The notes: a model not told the origin generated them from the letters alone. A DNA stretch of 64,000 bases from Candidatus Eiseniibacteriota bacterium (GCA_963762255.1 CAVXKA010000001.1:512001-576000), one strand, 5' to 3'; shown: positions 11,778 through 21,467, numbered from the stretch's first letter. Translations and numbers: made by a program.

Positions 11778-12590
11778 ATGCTGGATCTACTGCGGAAATA
11801 CTGGCGGGACATTCTCGACGTCCTCATCCTGGCCAGTCTGTTCTATTACTTGTTCCGCTTCATCCGCGGCACGCGCGCGGCACAGATGTTCGTGGGGCTC
11901 CTCATCATCGTGTTCGCATCGATCGGTGCCGGCCTGCTTCAGCTCGACGGGCTCAACTGGATGATCTCGAGCCTGCGCACGGTGTGGGTACTCGCCTTCC
12001 TCATCATCTTCCAGCCCGAGCTCCGCAAGGCCCTCACGTCCCTGGGCGGCGGGAAGGTCTTCAGCTCGTTCACGCGCGGGCGCGAGTCGTCGATTCTCGG
12101 CGAGTTGGTCCGGGCGGTGGAAGGACTCTCCGAGAAGCATCTGGGCGGGCTGGTGGTCATCGAGCGCACGGTGGGACTCAAGAACATCGTGGAGACCGGA
12201 ACGCTGCTCGAGGGGCGGGTCTCGGCCGAACTCCTGATGACCATCTTCACCCCGCCGTCGCCGCTGCACGACGGGGCGGTCGTCATCTCGGGGACGCAGG
12301 TCGTGGCCGCGGGGTGCATCCTTCCGCTGAGCCAGAATCCGCGCCTCGCCTACGCGCTCGGCACCCGCCACCGCGCCGCGCTCGGCATCAGCGAGGAAAG
12401 TGACGCGATCGCGGTGGTGGTCAGCGAGGAGACGGCTCAGATCTCTATCGCGGAGGGCGGGCGCCTTATTCCCAACCTGGATCCGGGGACGCTTCGCAGC
12501 ACGCTCGCCACCCTGTTCAAGGCACGCCCGCAGCCCCAACCCCCTACGGAGAACGAAGCTAGGCCGGAAGAGGCGGCGGCTCGCACCTAG
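11778..12590 (+). CDS. dacA: Diadenylate cyclase (c-di-AMP synthase, CdaA type)
   Basis: Three N-terminal TM helices, IFQPELR, PLHDGA and GTRHRAA motifs. Confidence 0.94.
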   Translation: MLDLLRKYWRDILDVLILASLFYYLFRFIRGTRAAQMFVGLLIIVFASIGAGLLQLDGLNWMISSLRTVWVLAFLIIFQPELRKALTSLGGGKVFSSFTRGRESSILGELVRAVEGLSEKHLGGLVVIERTVGLKNIVETGTLLEGRVSAELLMTIFTPPSPLHDGAVVISGTQVVAAGCILPLSQNPRLAYALGTRHRAALGISEESDAIAVVVSEETAQISIAEGGRLIPNLDPGTLRSTLATLFKARPQPQPPTENEARPEEAAART

Positions 12591-12897
12591 CCCCGGAGCG
12601 ACGATTCTGTTCTGTGTATGACCGTCATTCACAAAAAGTATAGGCTAATCGGACCCCCCCCTCCTATTCTCTGGCCCGCTCTAACGACCGGGACGACGCC
12701 TGACCAGGCGTTCCCATGGAAGCTCGTTCGCCAGGCCCGATGGCTAGCCGCGCCGCCGGAAACCGGAACGAGTGGGTACGAGGGCTTTGACAAGGCGGAT
12801 CAACTGCCAAGTCGATGGCAGGATCCGCCGGGGTCCCGTTCGGGGCTCTCAGCGGCAGCCGGCAAGGCCGGCTTAAAGATCGGAAGACAAGGAAACC

Positions 12898-13497
12898 ATG
12901 AAGACCAAACTCTTCGTGTCCGTTGCTCTTGTGCTTGCGGTGGGCCTGGCGGGATGCGCAAAGGTCCCGGCGGAGAAGGTGACAGCGGCGGAGACTGCGC
13001 TCAGCGCAGCGATGTCTGCGGAAGCCCAGATCTATGCCCCGCAGGCGGTGGCAGCGGCTCGTGACTCCCTCAACGCCGCGAAGGCGGAGATCGAGGCACA
13101 GAACAAGTCGTTCGTGCTGATGCGCCGCTACGGCAAGGCTACCGCGCTCCTGACTGCGGCGGAAACCGCCGCCACCAACGCGGCCCAGGAAGCCACCACG
13201 CGCAAGGCGCAGGTTCGCGCCAACGTGGAAACCCTCATGACCAACGCGACCGCTGCGGTCGACTCGGTGGCCACGCTGCTGGCCAAGGCGCCGGTGGGCA
13301 AGGACAACCGGGCCGACGTCGAGTTGATGAAGGCGGATCTCGAGGCCATGCGGACCTCGTTGACCGACATCCGCGGCCTGTACGATCAGGGCGCCTACAT
13401 GGACGCCCAGACCAAGGCTGAGGCGCTCATGGAGCAGCTCAACCGGATGGCCGCCGAGATCGAGGCAGCCAAGGCCGCCAAGGCCATGAAGAAGTAG
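12898..13497 (+). CDS. Ala-rich helical lipoprotein (DUF4398-like)
   Basis: Lipobox LAGC, AEAQIYAPQ motif, coiled-coil composition, ends AKAAKAMKK. Confidence 0.8.
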   Translation: MKTKLFVSVALVLAVGLAGCAKVPAEKVTAAETALSAAMSAEAQIYAPQAVAAARDSLNAAKAEIEAQNKSFVLMRRYGKATALLTAAETAATNAAQEATTRKAQVRANVETLMTNATAAVDSVATLLAKAPVGKDNRADVELMKADLEAMRTSLTDIRGLYDQGAYMDAQTKAEALMEQLNRMAAEIEAAKAAKAMKK

Positions 13498-13520
13498 CTC
13501 CGCCTGGAGCTCATGTGGAG

Positions 13521-13554
13521 AAGAGCCGGGTCAACATGACCCGGCTCTTTCCTT
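13521..13554 (+). terminator. Intrinsic terminator after the lipoprotein gene
   Basis: AAGAGCCGGGTCA-ACA-TGACCCGGCTCTT followed by TCCTT. Confidence 0.7.
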
Positions 13555-13567
13555 ATACTCTGTGACC

Positions 13568-14698
13568 ATGCACAACCCGTCGTTCCCTCGTATGACCTCC
13601 GCCCGCCGTCTTCGCGGGTGGTGGATCCTGACTGCCTCGGCCACCCTGTTCTTTGCCGAGGGCTGCGGCCGGGTGCCCGTCGAAGACTTCCGGCCCGCCC
13701 AGGCCGCTCTCAATCGGGCGCGCGAGGCTCGCGCCGAAGAGTACGCGCCCGCCGCGCTCGATTCCGCTCAGGCGTTTCTCGCGCGCGCCTCGGCGATGAA
13801 CATCTCGGTTCCCCGCACCTGGTACGGGTGGCCCAAGTCCGACTTGATACGAGGCGCCATCACGGAGTCCGTCCGCTGGTCGATCCTCGCGGTCGACACC
13901 TCGGACAGCCTTCACACTGACAGGATCCACCGCAACCGCGTCCACCTGACGGGAGCGGAACGAGAGCTCCGCGCCATCGAGAGTCAGCTTTCGAACGCAT
14001 CCGGCAAGCGCACCAATCGCCGCCTGCTCCGCCAGGCGCAGGTCGATCTCAAGGAAGCCGGGAAGTGGCTGGACCGCGGCGAAGCCGCCCGAGCGGAGGC
14101 CGTGCTGGCCCGCCTGCAACTTCGCTCCTCCGATCTCGGCACGCGGGCGGCCGAAGATCTTCGCCGATTCGACAATCCAGATGCCCAGAAGAACTGGCGC
14201 AAGTGGCTCACCGAGGGCATGCGAATCGCGCAGAACGGACGCAAGCTCCTCGTCATCGAAAAGGAGTCGCGCACGAGCTACCTCGTACACAAGGGGCGGG
14301 TGCTGTACCGGACGCCGGTGGACCTGGGCGTCGAGGGCACGCGCGTCAAGACGAGCCAGGGCGATCTCGCCACCCCCGAAGGTCTTTACACGATCACCAA
14401 GAAGAAGGGGAACGGCCAGACCAAGTACTACAAGGCGCTTCTCCTCGACTACCCCAACGCCGAGGACGTGGCCCGCTTCCGCGCGCTGAAGAAGCGCGGC
14501 GCAATCAGCGCGAACGCGAGGCTGGGCGGGCTGATCGAAGTGCACGGCGACGGGGGGCGCGGCGAGGACTGGACGCTGGGCTGCGTGGCCATCGGCAACT
14601 CGGAGATGGATCGCCTCTACCGAGAACTGAGCGTGGGCGACAAGGTCGCGATTGTGGGTCGCGTGCCCGAAGACGTGTTGCGGGGAACGGCCCGATGA
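13568..14698 (+). CDS. L,D-transpeptidase (YkuD) family lipoprotein with helical N-terminal domain
   Basis: GDLATPEGLY, YKALLLDYPN, IEVHG...WTLGC catalytic His/Cys; AEGC lipobox-like. Confidence 0.9.
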   Translation: MHNPSFPRMTSARRLRGWWILTASATLFFAEGCGRVPVEDFRPAQAALNRAREARAEEYAPAALDSAQAFLARASAMNISVPRTWYGWPKSDLIRGAITESVRWSILAVDTSDSLHTDRIHRNRVHLTGAERELRAIESQLSNASGKRTNRRLLRQAQVDLKEAGKWLDRGEAARAEAVLARLQLRSSDLGTRAAEDLRRFDNPDAQKNWRKWLTEGMRIAQNGRKLLVIEKESRTSYLVHKGRVLYRTPVDLGVEGTRVKTSQGDLATPEGLYTITKKKGNGQTKYYKALLLDYPNAEDVARFRALKKRGAISANARLGGLIEVHGDGGRGEDWTLGCVAIGNSEMDRLYRELSVGDKVAIVGRVPEDVLRGTAR

Positions 14699-15324
14699 GC
14701 CGGCGCGCAGTGTGGTTCGCCGGTCTGACCGCGGCCTGGTGTCTCGTCTCGTGCAGTCAGCCGAGCGCGGAGATCAACATCGACGAACTCCGCAAGCAAG
14801 ATGCGGAGATCCGCAAGGAAGTGCAGGAGCTGGCGAAGACTCAGAATCAGTTGAGCAAAGAGTTCGCCAAGCTCGGACCCCGCGGCACCTACGTCGTCGT
14901 CGACACCTATCGCAACGAGATCTCGCTCTTCAAAGACGACAAGCTGGTGGTCAGGGACCACTGCTCGACCGGAACCAACTCGACCTTGGTGGATTCCCTT
15001 TCGGGACGCGAGTGGACGTTTCGCACACCCCGCGGCCAGCGCACCATCCGCAGCTCGGCCAAGGCCGACCCGGTCTGGATCCGCCCCGATTGGGCGTTCG
15101 TGGAGGAGGGGCTGCCCCCGCCCAAGAGCTACGACGAGCGCCTCGAGGAAGGCGTGCTCGGGAAGTACGCCCTTCCGATCGGCGACGGGTACTTCATCCA
15201 CGGCACACTCTACACACGTCTTCTGGGCTATCCCGCCACTCACGGCTGCATCCGCGTCGGCGACAAGACCCTGGAGACCATCGTGAAGGACGCACGTGCG
15301 GGCACCCCGGTTGTCATCTACTAG
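14695..15324 (+). CDS. L,D-transpeptidase (YkuD) family lipoprotein
   Basis: ATGA overlap with the upstream gene; LVSC lipobox; CSTG, TPRG, PVWIRPDW, FIHGT...ATHGCIRV. Confidence 0.9.
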   Translation: MSRRAVWFAGLTAAWCLVSCSQPSAEINIDELRKQDAEIRKEVQELAKTQNQLSKEFAKLGPRGTYVVVDTYRNEISLFKDDKLVVRDHCSTGTNSTLVDSLSGREWTFRTPRGQRTIRSSAKADPVWIRPDWAFVEEGLPPPKSYDERLEEGVLGKYALPIGDGYFIHGTLYTRLLGYPATHGCIRVGDKTLETIVKDARAGTPVVIY

Positions 15325-16045
15325 GCGCATCGGGCGAGCTGCGGCGCTGCTGGGGATGGCCCTGCTCGGCGCCGGCTGCGGGGAGAAGCGCCCCGCCCCT
15401 TCCAGCTCCGAAGCCGGCCGCGTCCTCGCCACACACGACTCCCTCCTCGCGGCACGCGACGCACGCCTCTACGAGGTCGCCTGGCTGCGATCCGAGCTGC
15501 GCGCCGCGCGTGAGAAGACGCCCTACCTCGTCCTGGACTTCGACAGAAACGTCGTGTGGTTGAAGGTCGGCGGAGCCGCATTCGACTCCCTTGTAGTCGG
15601 CGATCACGACCTCGACATCCCCGACGCGGATACGCTCGGGTTGGGCTCGCTGCATCGCATCCTGGCCGCCGAAGTCCTTGCCGCGCGACCGGCCAAGCTC
15701 GACGTGGACACCACGGTGGACAAGGCGGCGGCGATCCTCGCCCGGATGATCCCGCCGCGCCCGAAGCCGCTGCGTTTCGTGATCCACTCCGAGGACTTGA
15801 GCGTTCGCTTCACCGCGGGCAAAGTGCGCACTTGGGAGGACATCAAGCTCTTTGTGCAGCGCTCGTGGGGAGCCCCGCCCGACAGCATCGCCTCGGAGCC
15901 CCGCACGCGGCTCGATGTCGTGATCAACGCCGAGGACCTGACGCGGCTCGAGCACTTCGTGGATCGGCGGATGCCGCTCCTCCTGCGGTTCTCCCCCCAG
16001 GAGCGCGAGCGGCTGATGCGGCACGATGCAGAACATCGAGATTAA
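15311..16045 (+). CDS. Hypothetical lipoprotein, possibly a degenerate YkuD fold
   Basis: TTG 15311 gives MSSTRRIGRAAALLGMALLGAGC; PYLVLDFDRNVVWL resembles the first YkuD strands; no His-Cys motif. Confidence 0.6.
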   Translation: MSSTRRIGRAAALLGMALLGAGCGEKRPAPSSSEAGRVLATHDSLLAARDARLYEVAWLRSELRAAREKTPYLVLDFDRNVVWLKVGGAAFDSLVVGDHDLDIPDADTLGLGSLHRILAAEVLAARPAKLDVDTTVDKAAAILARMIPPRPKPLRFVIHSEDLSVRFTAGKVRTWEDIKLFVQRSWGAPPDSIASEPRTRLDVVINAEDLTRLEHFVDRRMPLLLRFSPQERERLMRHDAEHRD

Positions 16046-16538
16046 GACCTCGCTCCCCGATCCCGCGGTCGTCGAGTCGCGCGTGCGCGCCGCGGGGGCG
16101 GCGTTCCAGTGGTCCCACCGCCAACGCGACGTCTTCTTCCGGGTGCCGGCGGGGTATCTGAAGCTGCGCACCTCGGAGGGAGGCGCGGGCGAGTTGATCG
16201 CCTACGACCGCGCGGCCGGCACCGATCCGCGCCCCTCCGATTACGACATCGCTCCAGTTGCCGAACCCGCCGCTCTGGAAGCGGTGCTGTCGCGGAGCCT
16301 CGGGACGCGAGGCGTCGTCGAGAAGGTGCGCCGGCTCTACCTCTGGCGGCACACGCGGATTCACCTGGACGAGGTGACGGGGTTGGGGTCGTTTCTGGAG
16401 CTGGAAACGGTGGTGCGCGGCATCTCGCGCGAGGATGCCGAGACGGAAGCGCGGGAGCTGATCGGAATCCTGGAGCTCGATCCGGCGCGGTTTCTGGACC
16501 GACCGTACCTGGAGATGCTCGAATCCCCGGGTGCTTGA
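16026..16538 (+). CDS. CYTH-domain protein (class IV adenylate cyclase-like)
   Basis: NIEIK, QRDVFF, LKLR, VEKVRRLY, IHLDEV.GLGSFLELE. Confidence 0.88.
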   Translation: MQNIEIKTSLPDPAVVESRVRAAGAAFQWSHRQRDVFFRVPAGYLKLRTSEGGAGELIAYDRAAGTDPRPSDYDIAPVAEPAALEAVLSRSLGTRGVVEKVRRLYLWRHTRIHLDEVTGLGSFLELETVVRGISREDAETEARELIGILELDPARFLDRPYLEMLESPGA

Positions 16539-18341
16539 TCAGCCCAAATCCGCGCGGTCCGAATCCCCCATCGTCATGCCGGCCGGGAAGTATTCCGCCC
16601 ACCGCGCATCGACTTTCCGCGCGGTGTCGGGATCGCAGAAGAGCTCCTCGGGGAAGCCGGGCTTCAAGCGCGCGTCAATGACCACCGGCGCGCGATAGGT
16701 CACGTGATGCCGCGTGACCTCGAACCCCGCGGCGTGGATATCCGCGCCGGGCTCGAAGCGCGTGAAGGTGGTCCAGAGGAACCTCGGCACGCTCCGCACC
16801 GCAGCGCCCGCGTCGTCCACCAGCACGAGGAGCGGCCAATCACGGAACGATTCATGACGCGCCAGCCGCACCGGAGCCGCCGGGTCCTCGGCGAAGGACG
16901 GCCCCGACACCACCAGACATCCGCCGCAGAACACGCGCGTCTCGCGCACGTCTCCCGGAGGCTCACCGGCGAACTCGCGCGGCAGCTCGCGGATCGGCTC
17001 GCCGACGCCCAGGAGCACCCCCTTCGAGCCCTCGTTCACCTTCGGCCCCGTATAGTCGAGGGTGTCCATGGAGAGGTTCGAGAAGACGTAGAGATCGCTG
17101 CGGAAGTCGGCACGCGCCAGCACGTGCTCCAGCACCGCGCGGAAATCGCGAAGATCCATCGGCTGATCCAGCACGAGCAGGAACTTGGTCAGCGAGAGCT
17201 GCCCCTCGCCGAGGATGCGAAACGCCGAGGCCATCGCCTCGCGCTTGTAGCGCTGCTTCACCACCGCGGCCGCGAGAGAGTGATAGCCGGTCTCGCCATA
17301 GGACCACAGATCGACCACCGACGGCATCACCAGAGGGAACACGGGCGCAAGCAACTCTTGCAGGAAGTCGCCGATGAAGAAGTCCTCCTGACGAGGCTTT
17401 CCGACCACCGTCGCCGGGAAGATCGGATCGCGCCGGCGCAACAGCGCGCGGCAGCGGAAGACCGGATAGTCGTGCTTGAGCGAGTAGTACCCGTAGTGAT
17501 CGCCGAAGGGGCCTTCCGGCGCGCGCTCGTGCGGGGTCACCTCGCCGACCAGCACGAACTCGGCGTCGGCGGGGACGGGGAGGGAACCGGCCGGGTTTGC
17601 CGCCATCGAGAGCTTTCCACCCAAGACCAGCGACGCCAGCAATAGCTCCGGCACGTTCTCCGGCAGCGGTGCGATCGCGGCCAGGATGAGCGCGGGCGGT
17701 CCACCCAGGATGACGTTCACCGGCAGCGCCTCGCCGCGCGCCTCCGCAATCGCGTAGTGGAAGCCGCCCCCCTTGCCGATCTGCCAGTGCATGCCGGCCC
17801 GGATCGCGTCATGGATCTGGATGCGGTACATGCCGAGGTTATGGCCGCCCGTCTCGGGGTGCTCGGTGTAGACAAGCGGCAGCGTGAGGAACGGGCCGCC
17901 GTCGCCGGACCATGTGGTGAGCGTGGGAAGACGACGCAGGTCGGGAGCCGTCTCGCATGTCTCGAGCACCGCGCCGCCCCGCCGCTGCCGCAGCCCCACC
18001 TTGGCCAGCGCGCCGATCGTGCCGCGTTGGCCCCATAGCTTGGGCCATGTAGGCGGCATGAGCCGCTCCGGCATCGCCGCGATCGCGCGCACCAGCTCGC
18101 GGGGGCGCGGGCCGAACGCCATCTCGACACGCTTCGCGGTCCCGAACAAGTTGGTCACCACGGGGTACGGCGATTCGCCGACCCGGGTGAACAGGAGGGC
18201 GGGCCCCCCGGCGGCGATCACGCGGCGATGCACCTCGGCGATCTCAAGGCGCGGATCCACCGGCGCCGAGATTTCGACCAGTTCCCGCTCGGCGCGCAAC
18301 GCCTCGACAAAAGTCCTCAGATCGCCCGCAGGCGGACTCAG
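16539..18341 (-). CDS. UbiD-family decarboxylase (long form, MqnL-like)
   Basis: DLRTFVEAL, GGPALLF, NLGMYRIQ, EGPFGDHYGYYS, VGKPRQED; probable CTG start at 18341. Confidence 0.92.
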   Translation of the reverse strand: MSPPAGDLRTFVEALRAERELVEISAPVDPRLEIAEVHRRVIAAGGPALLFTRVGESPYPVVTNLFGTAKRVEMAFGPRPRELVRAIAAMPERLMPPTWPKLWGQRGTIGALAKVGLRQRRGGAVLETCETAPDLRRLPTLTTWSGDGGPFLTLPLVYTEHPETGGHNLGMYRIQIHDAIRAGMHWQIGKGGGFHYAIAEARGEALPVNVILGGPPALILAAIAPLPENVPELLLASLVLGGKLSMAANPAGSLPVPADAEFVLVGEVTPHERAPEGPFGDHYGYYSLKHDYPVFRCRALLRRRDPIFPATVVGKPRQEDFFIGDFLQELLAPVFPLVMPSVVDLWSYGETGYHSLAAAVVKQRYKREAMASAFRILGEGQLSLTKFLLVLDQPMDLRDFRAVLEHVLARADFRSDLYVFSNLSMDTLDYTGPKVNEGSKGVLLGVGEPIRELPREFAGEPPGDVRETRVFCGGCLVVSGPSFAEDPAAPVRLARHESFRDWPLLVLVDDAGAAVRSVPRFLWTTFTRFEPGADIHAAGFEVTRHHVTYRAPVVIDARLKPGFPEELFCDPDTARKVDARWAEYFPAGMTMGDSDRADLG

Positions 18342-20620
18342 TGCATTCCTCCCTGCTTGCGCAGCACGTTCAGCGCGCTTCCGGCGCGGAACCACTCGAT
18401 CTGCTCCCGGTTGTAGCTCTGCTTGAGCTCCACCCGATCGGTCGTGCCGTCCTCGTGGTGCAGCACCGCGAACAGGTTCTTGGCCGGGGCCAGCGACTCG
18501 AGCCCCTCGATGGTGACCGTGTCGGTCTCGCGCACCTTCTCATAGTCCGCCGAGTTCACCAGCGTGAACGGAAGCACACCCTGCTTCTTGAGATTGGTCT
18601 CGTGAATGCGCGCGAAGGACCGCGCGATGATCGCACCCGCACCCAGGAGCCGCGGCGACATCGCCGCGTGCTCGCGGCTCGATCCCTCGCCGTAGTTCTC
18701 GTCCCCCACGACCACCCACAGCTTCCCCTGCGCCTTGAGCGCGCGGGCCGCCTCCGGCACCGGCCGGTCCTTCTCGCCGGTCACCGGATTGCGGGTCACC
18801 CCGCGGCCGCCGGTGAACGCGTTGATGGCGCCGGTGAACATGTTGTCGCTGATCCGGTCGAGGTGCCCGCGGAACTTGAGCCACGGCCCCGCCGGGGAGA
18901 TGTGGTCGGTCGTGGTCTTCCCCTTGGTCTTGAGCAGGAGCGGCATCTCGCGGTAGCGGTCGAACTGAGGCGCGGCGAACGGCGTCAAGCGCTCCAGGCG
19001 CTCGCTGGTCGGCGACACCGCGACCTCGATCGCGTCCGGGTTCTCCGAAGGCGCGATGTACCCCTCGCGCGCGAACACGAAACCGCTGGCGGGGACTTCC
19101 GGCGCCGGCTTCGGCGGCTCCAGCTTCCACTCCTTCCCGTCCGCGCTCTTGAGCGCATCGCGGCGCGGGTCGAACGAGAGCCTCCCACCGAGGCCCAGCG
19201 CCATCACGATCTCGGGGCTGGCGATGAAGGCGAGCGTCTCCGGGTTCGCGTCGTTGCGTCCCGGGAAGTTGCGGTTGAAGGTGGTGACGATCGAGTTCTT
19301 CTCGCCCTTCTGGATCTCGTCGCGCTTCCACTGGCCGATGCACGGACCGCACGCGTTGGCGAGCACGGTAGCCCCCGCCGCCTCCAGCGCGGCCATCTGG
19401 CCGTCGCGACGGATGGTGGCCATGACCTGCTCGCTGCCCGGCGTCACCAGGAGCGGCATCGCCAGCTTGGATCCGTGTTGCGCGGCTTGCACGGCCACGT
19501 CGGCGGCCCGGGAGATGTCCTCGTAGGAGGAATTGGTGCAGGAGCCGATGAGGCTCACCGAGATGCGATCCGGATACGCGTTCTCCGCAACCGCCTTCGC
19601 CACTTCGGAGAGCGGCCGCGCCAGATCCGGGGTATGCGGCCCCACCAGATGCGGCTCGAGCTTCGAGAGATCGAGTTCCAGGATCTGATGGAAGAACTTC
19701 TCGGGGTGCTTCTCCACTTCGGCGTCGGGGGTGACAAGATCGCGATTGGCGCGCGCGAGATCGGCCAGGGCTTCTCGGCGGGTGGCCCGCAGATAGGTGT
19801 CCATCCGGTCGTCGAACGCGAAGACCGAGGTGGTGGCGCCGAGTTCCGCACCCATGTTGCAGATCGTGCCCTTGCCGGTGGCGCTGATCGAGGCGGCGCC
19901 AGGGCCGAAGTACTCGACGATGCAGTTGGTGCCGCCCTTCACGGTGAGCTTTCCGCACACCCAGAGGATGACGTCCTTGGGCGCGGTCCAGCCCGACATC
20001 GTGCCGGTGAGGTGCACGCCGATGAGCTTCGGCTGCAAGACCTCCCAGGGGAATCCGGCCATGACGTCCACCGCGTCGGCGCCCCCCACGCCGCACGCGC
20101 ACATGCCGAGCCCGCCCGCGTTGGGCGTGTGCGAGTCGGTTCCGATCATGAGGCCGCCGGGGAACGCGTAGTTCTCGAGCACGACCTGGTGGATGATCCC
20201 CGAGCCGGGTTTCCAGAAGCCGATGCCGTACTTGGCCGAAACCGTGCGCAGGAATTCGTAGACCTCGCGGTTCTCGCTGTTGGCCGTGTCCAGGTCCGGC
20301 GTCGCGCCGGAATGGGCGCGGATGAGGTGATCGCAGTGCACGGAACTCGGCACCGCGGCCTCGGACTTGCCGGCCATCATGAACTGGAGGAGTGCCATTT
20401 GGGCGGTGGCGTCCTGCATCGCCACGCGATCGGGGCGGAGTTCGAGGTAGGCCTCACCGGCGGCGAGGTGCTGCTCGCGCGGCTTGTCGAGGTGACCGAA
20501 GAGGATCTTCTCGGCGAGCGTAAGGTGGCGGCCCAGGCGTCCCCGTACGATTTCGAGGTTGTTCCGCGAACGGGCATAGACGCGCTGGACGAGTTCTTGC
20601 GTGGTTTCGATCTGTGCCAT
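18338..20620 (-). CDS. Aconitate hydratase (mitochondrial-like type)
   Basis: DRVAMQDATAQMA, HCDH, DSHTPNAGG, GSCTNSS, ACGPCIG, TTDHISPAG, GSSREHAA. Confidence 0.96.
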   Translation of the reverse strand: MAQIETTQELVQRVYARSRNNLEIVRGRLGRHLTLAEKILFGHLDKPREQHLAAGEAYLELRPDRVAMQDATAQMALLQFMMAGKSEAAVPSSVHCDHLIRAHSGATPDLDTANSENREVYEFLRTVSAKYGIGFWKPGSGIIHQVVLENYAFPGGLMIGTDSHTPNAGGLGMCACGVGGADAVDVMAGFPWEVLQPKLIGVHLTGTMSGWTAPKDVILWVCGKLTVKGGTNCIVEYFGPGAASISATGKGTICNMGAELGATTSVFAFDDRMDTYLRATRREALADLARANRDLVTPDAEVEKHPEKFFHQILELDLSKLEPHLVGPHTPDLARPLSEVAKAVAENAYPDRISVSLIGSCTNSSYEDISRAADVAVQAAQHGSKLAMPLLVTPGSEQVMATIRRDGQMAALEAAGATVLANACGPCIGQWKRDEIQKGEKNSIVTTFNRNFPGRNDANPETLAFIASPEIVMALGLGGRLSFDPRRDALKSADGKEWKLEPPKPAPEVPASGFVFAREGYIAPSENPDAIEVAVSPTSERLERLTPFAAPQFDRYREMPLLLKTKGKTTTDHISPAGPWLKFRGHLDRISDNMFTGAINAFTGGRGVTRNPVTGEKDRPVPEAARALKAQGKLWVVVGDENYGEGSSREHAAMSPRLLGAGAIIARSFARIHETNLKKQGVLPFTLVNSADYEKVRETDTVTIEGLESLAPAKNLFAVLHHEDGTTDRVELKQSYNREQIEWFRAGSALNVLRKQGGMH

Positions 20621-20762
20621 GGCCTTCTCTCCTTGGGCGATTTGGAAGCCCAAGAGCATAGACCAAACCGCCCGAGGTGTTCACCCCGGGCGATCCGGTT
20701 GGCGAGAAGGGATGGCCGGCGGCCATCTTGGGCGCGTTGGGGGATCGCCGCGCCCGGGCGAT

Positions 20763-21467
20763 TCAACGATACATCTGCTTGACTCGACTCCAGCTCGTGG
20801 CCTCGACCGGCACGGGCGGCCGACAGGCAGGCACGCGTATGCCCCCGCCGTCGGTGAGGAACCTGACCAGCGGCTTCGTGCCGTTCTTGCCCACGGCCCC
20901 CGAGAGATCGCGCCCCCCCTTCACGAACCAGAGCCCCTCGGTGGGTGGGGCGACGCTTTTGAAGCTGACGATCAGCACGGGATCGTCTGGATCGGTCGGG
21001 TAGGACACGCCATCACCGTCGGGCACCAGCCCCCCCTCGCAGAACCCGACCTTCATGCCGTTCGTGTGGCAGTCCTGACCGAGGCCGGGCTCGTTGAACC
21101 CATACGAGTCCTCCGCCACCTCCAGGGAGCAGACCGACTCCGATTCCCCACCGAGCGTGATGCCGCTGTCACCGTCAAGGATGATGCTGCTCGCGGCCTC
21201 GCCTTCGCATTCGAAACGGATGGAGATATGGCTGGGGTCGCGATAGGTGATCCGTCCCTGATCCACGCGGTACAGACGGTAGGTGTAGGTGTACAGCCCA
21301 TGAATGTCCGGTCCCTGCACGTCCGAGATGACGCCGAAGTCGAACCCGACATCCTGCTGCTCCGCCACGCCGTCCCAGCATGAGTCGGCGAACGCGGGAG
21401 AGTAGATGATGAGAAGACCCGCCGCAGCGAGTGCGGCCAGGATAATGCGTCTTAGCACGATGACCAT
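20763..21467 (-). CDS. Secreted Cys-containing protein with C-terminal SWxxVKxxYR motif
   Basis: Signal peptide ending AFA; C-terminus PPVPVEATSWSRVKQMYR. Confidence 0.75.
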   Translation of the reverse strand: MVIVLRRIILAALAAAGLLIIYSPAFADSCWDGVAEQQDVGFDFGVISDVQGPDIHGLYTYTYRLYRVDQGRITYRDPSHISIRFECEGEAASSIILDGDSGITLGGESESVCSLEVAEDSYGFNEPGLGQDCHTNGMKVGFCEGGLVPDGDGVSYPTDPDDPVLIVSFKSVAPPTEGLWFVKGGRDLSGAVGKNGTKPLVRFLTDGGGIRVPACRPPVPVEATSWSRVKQMYR

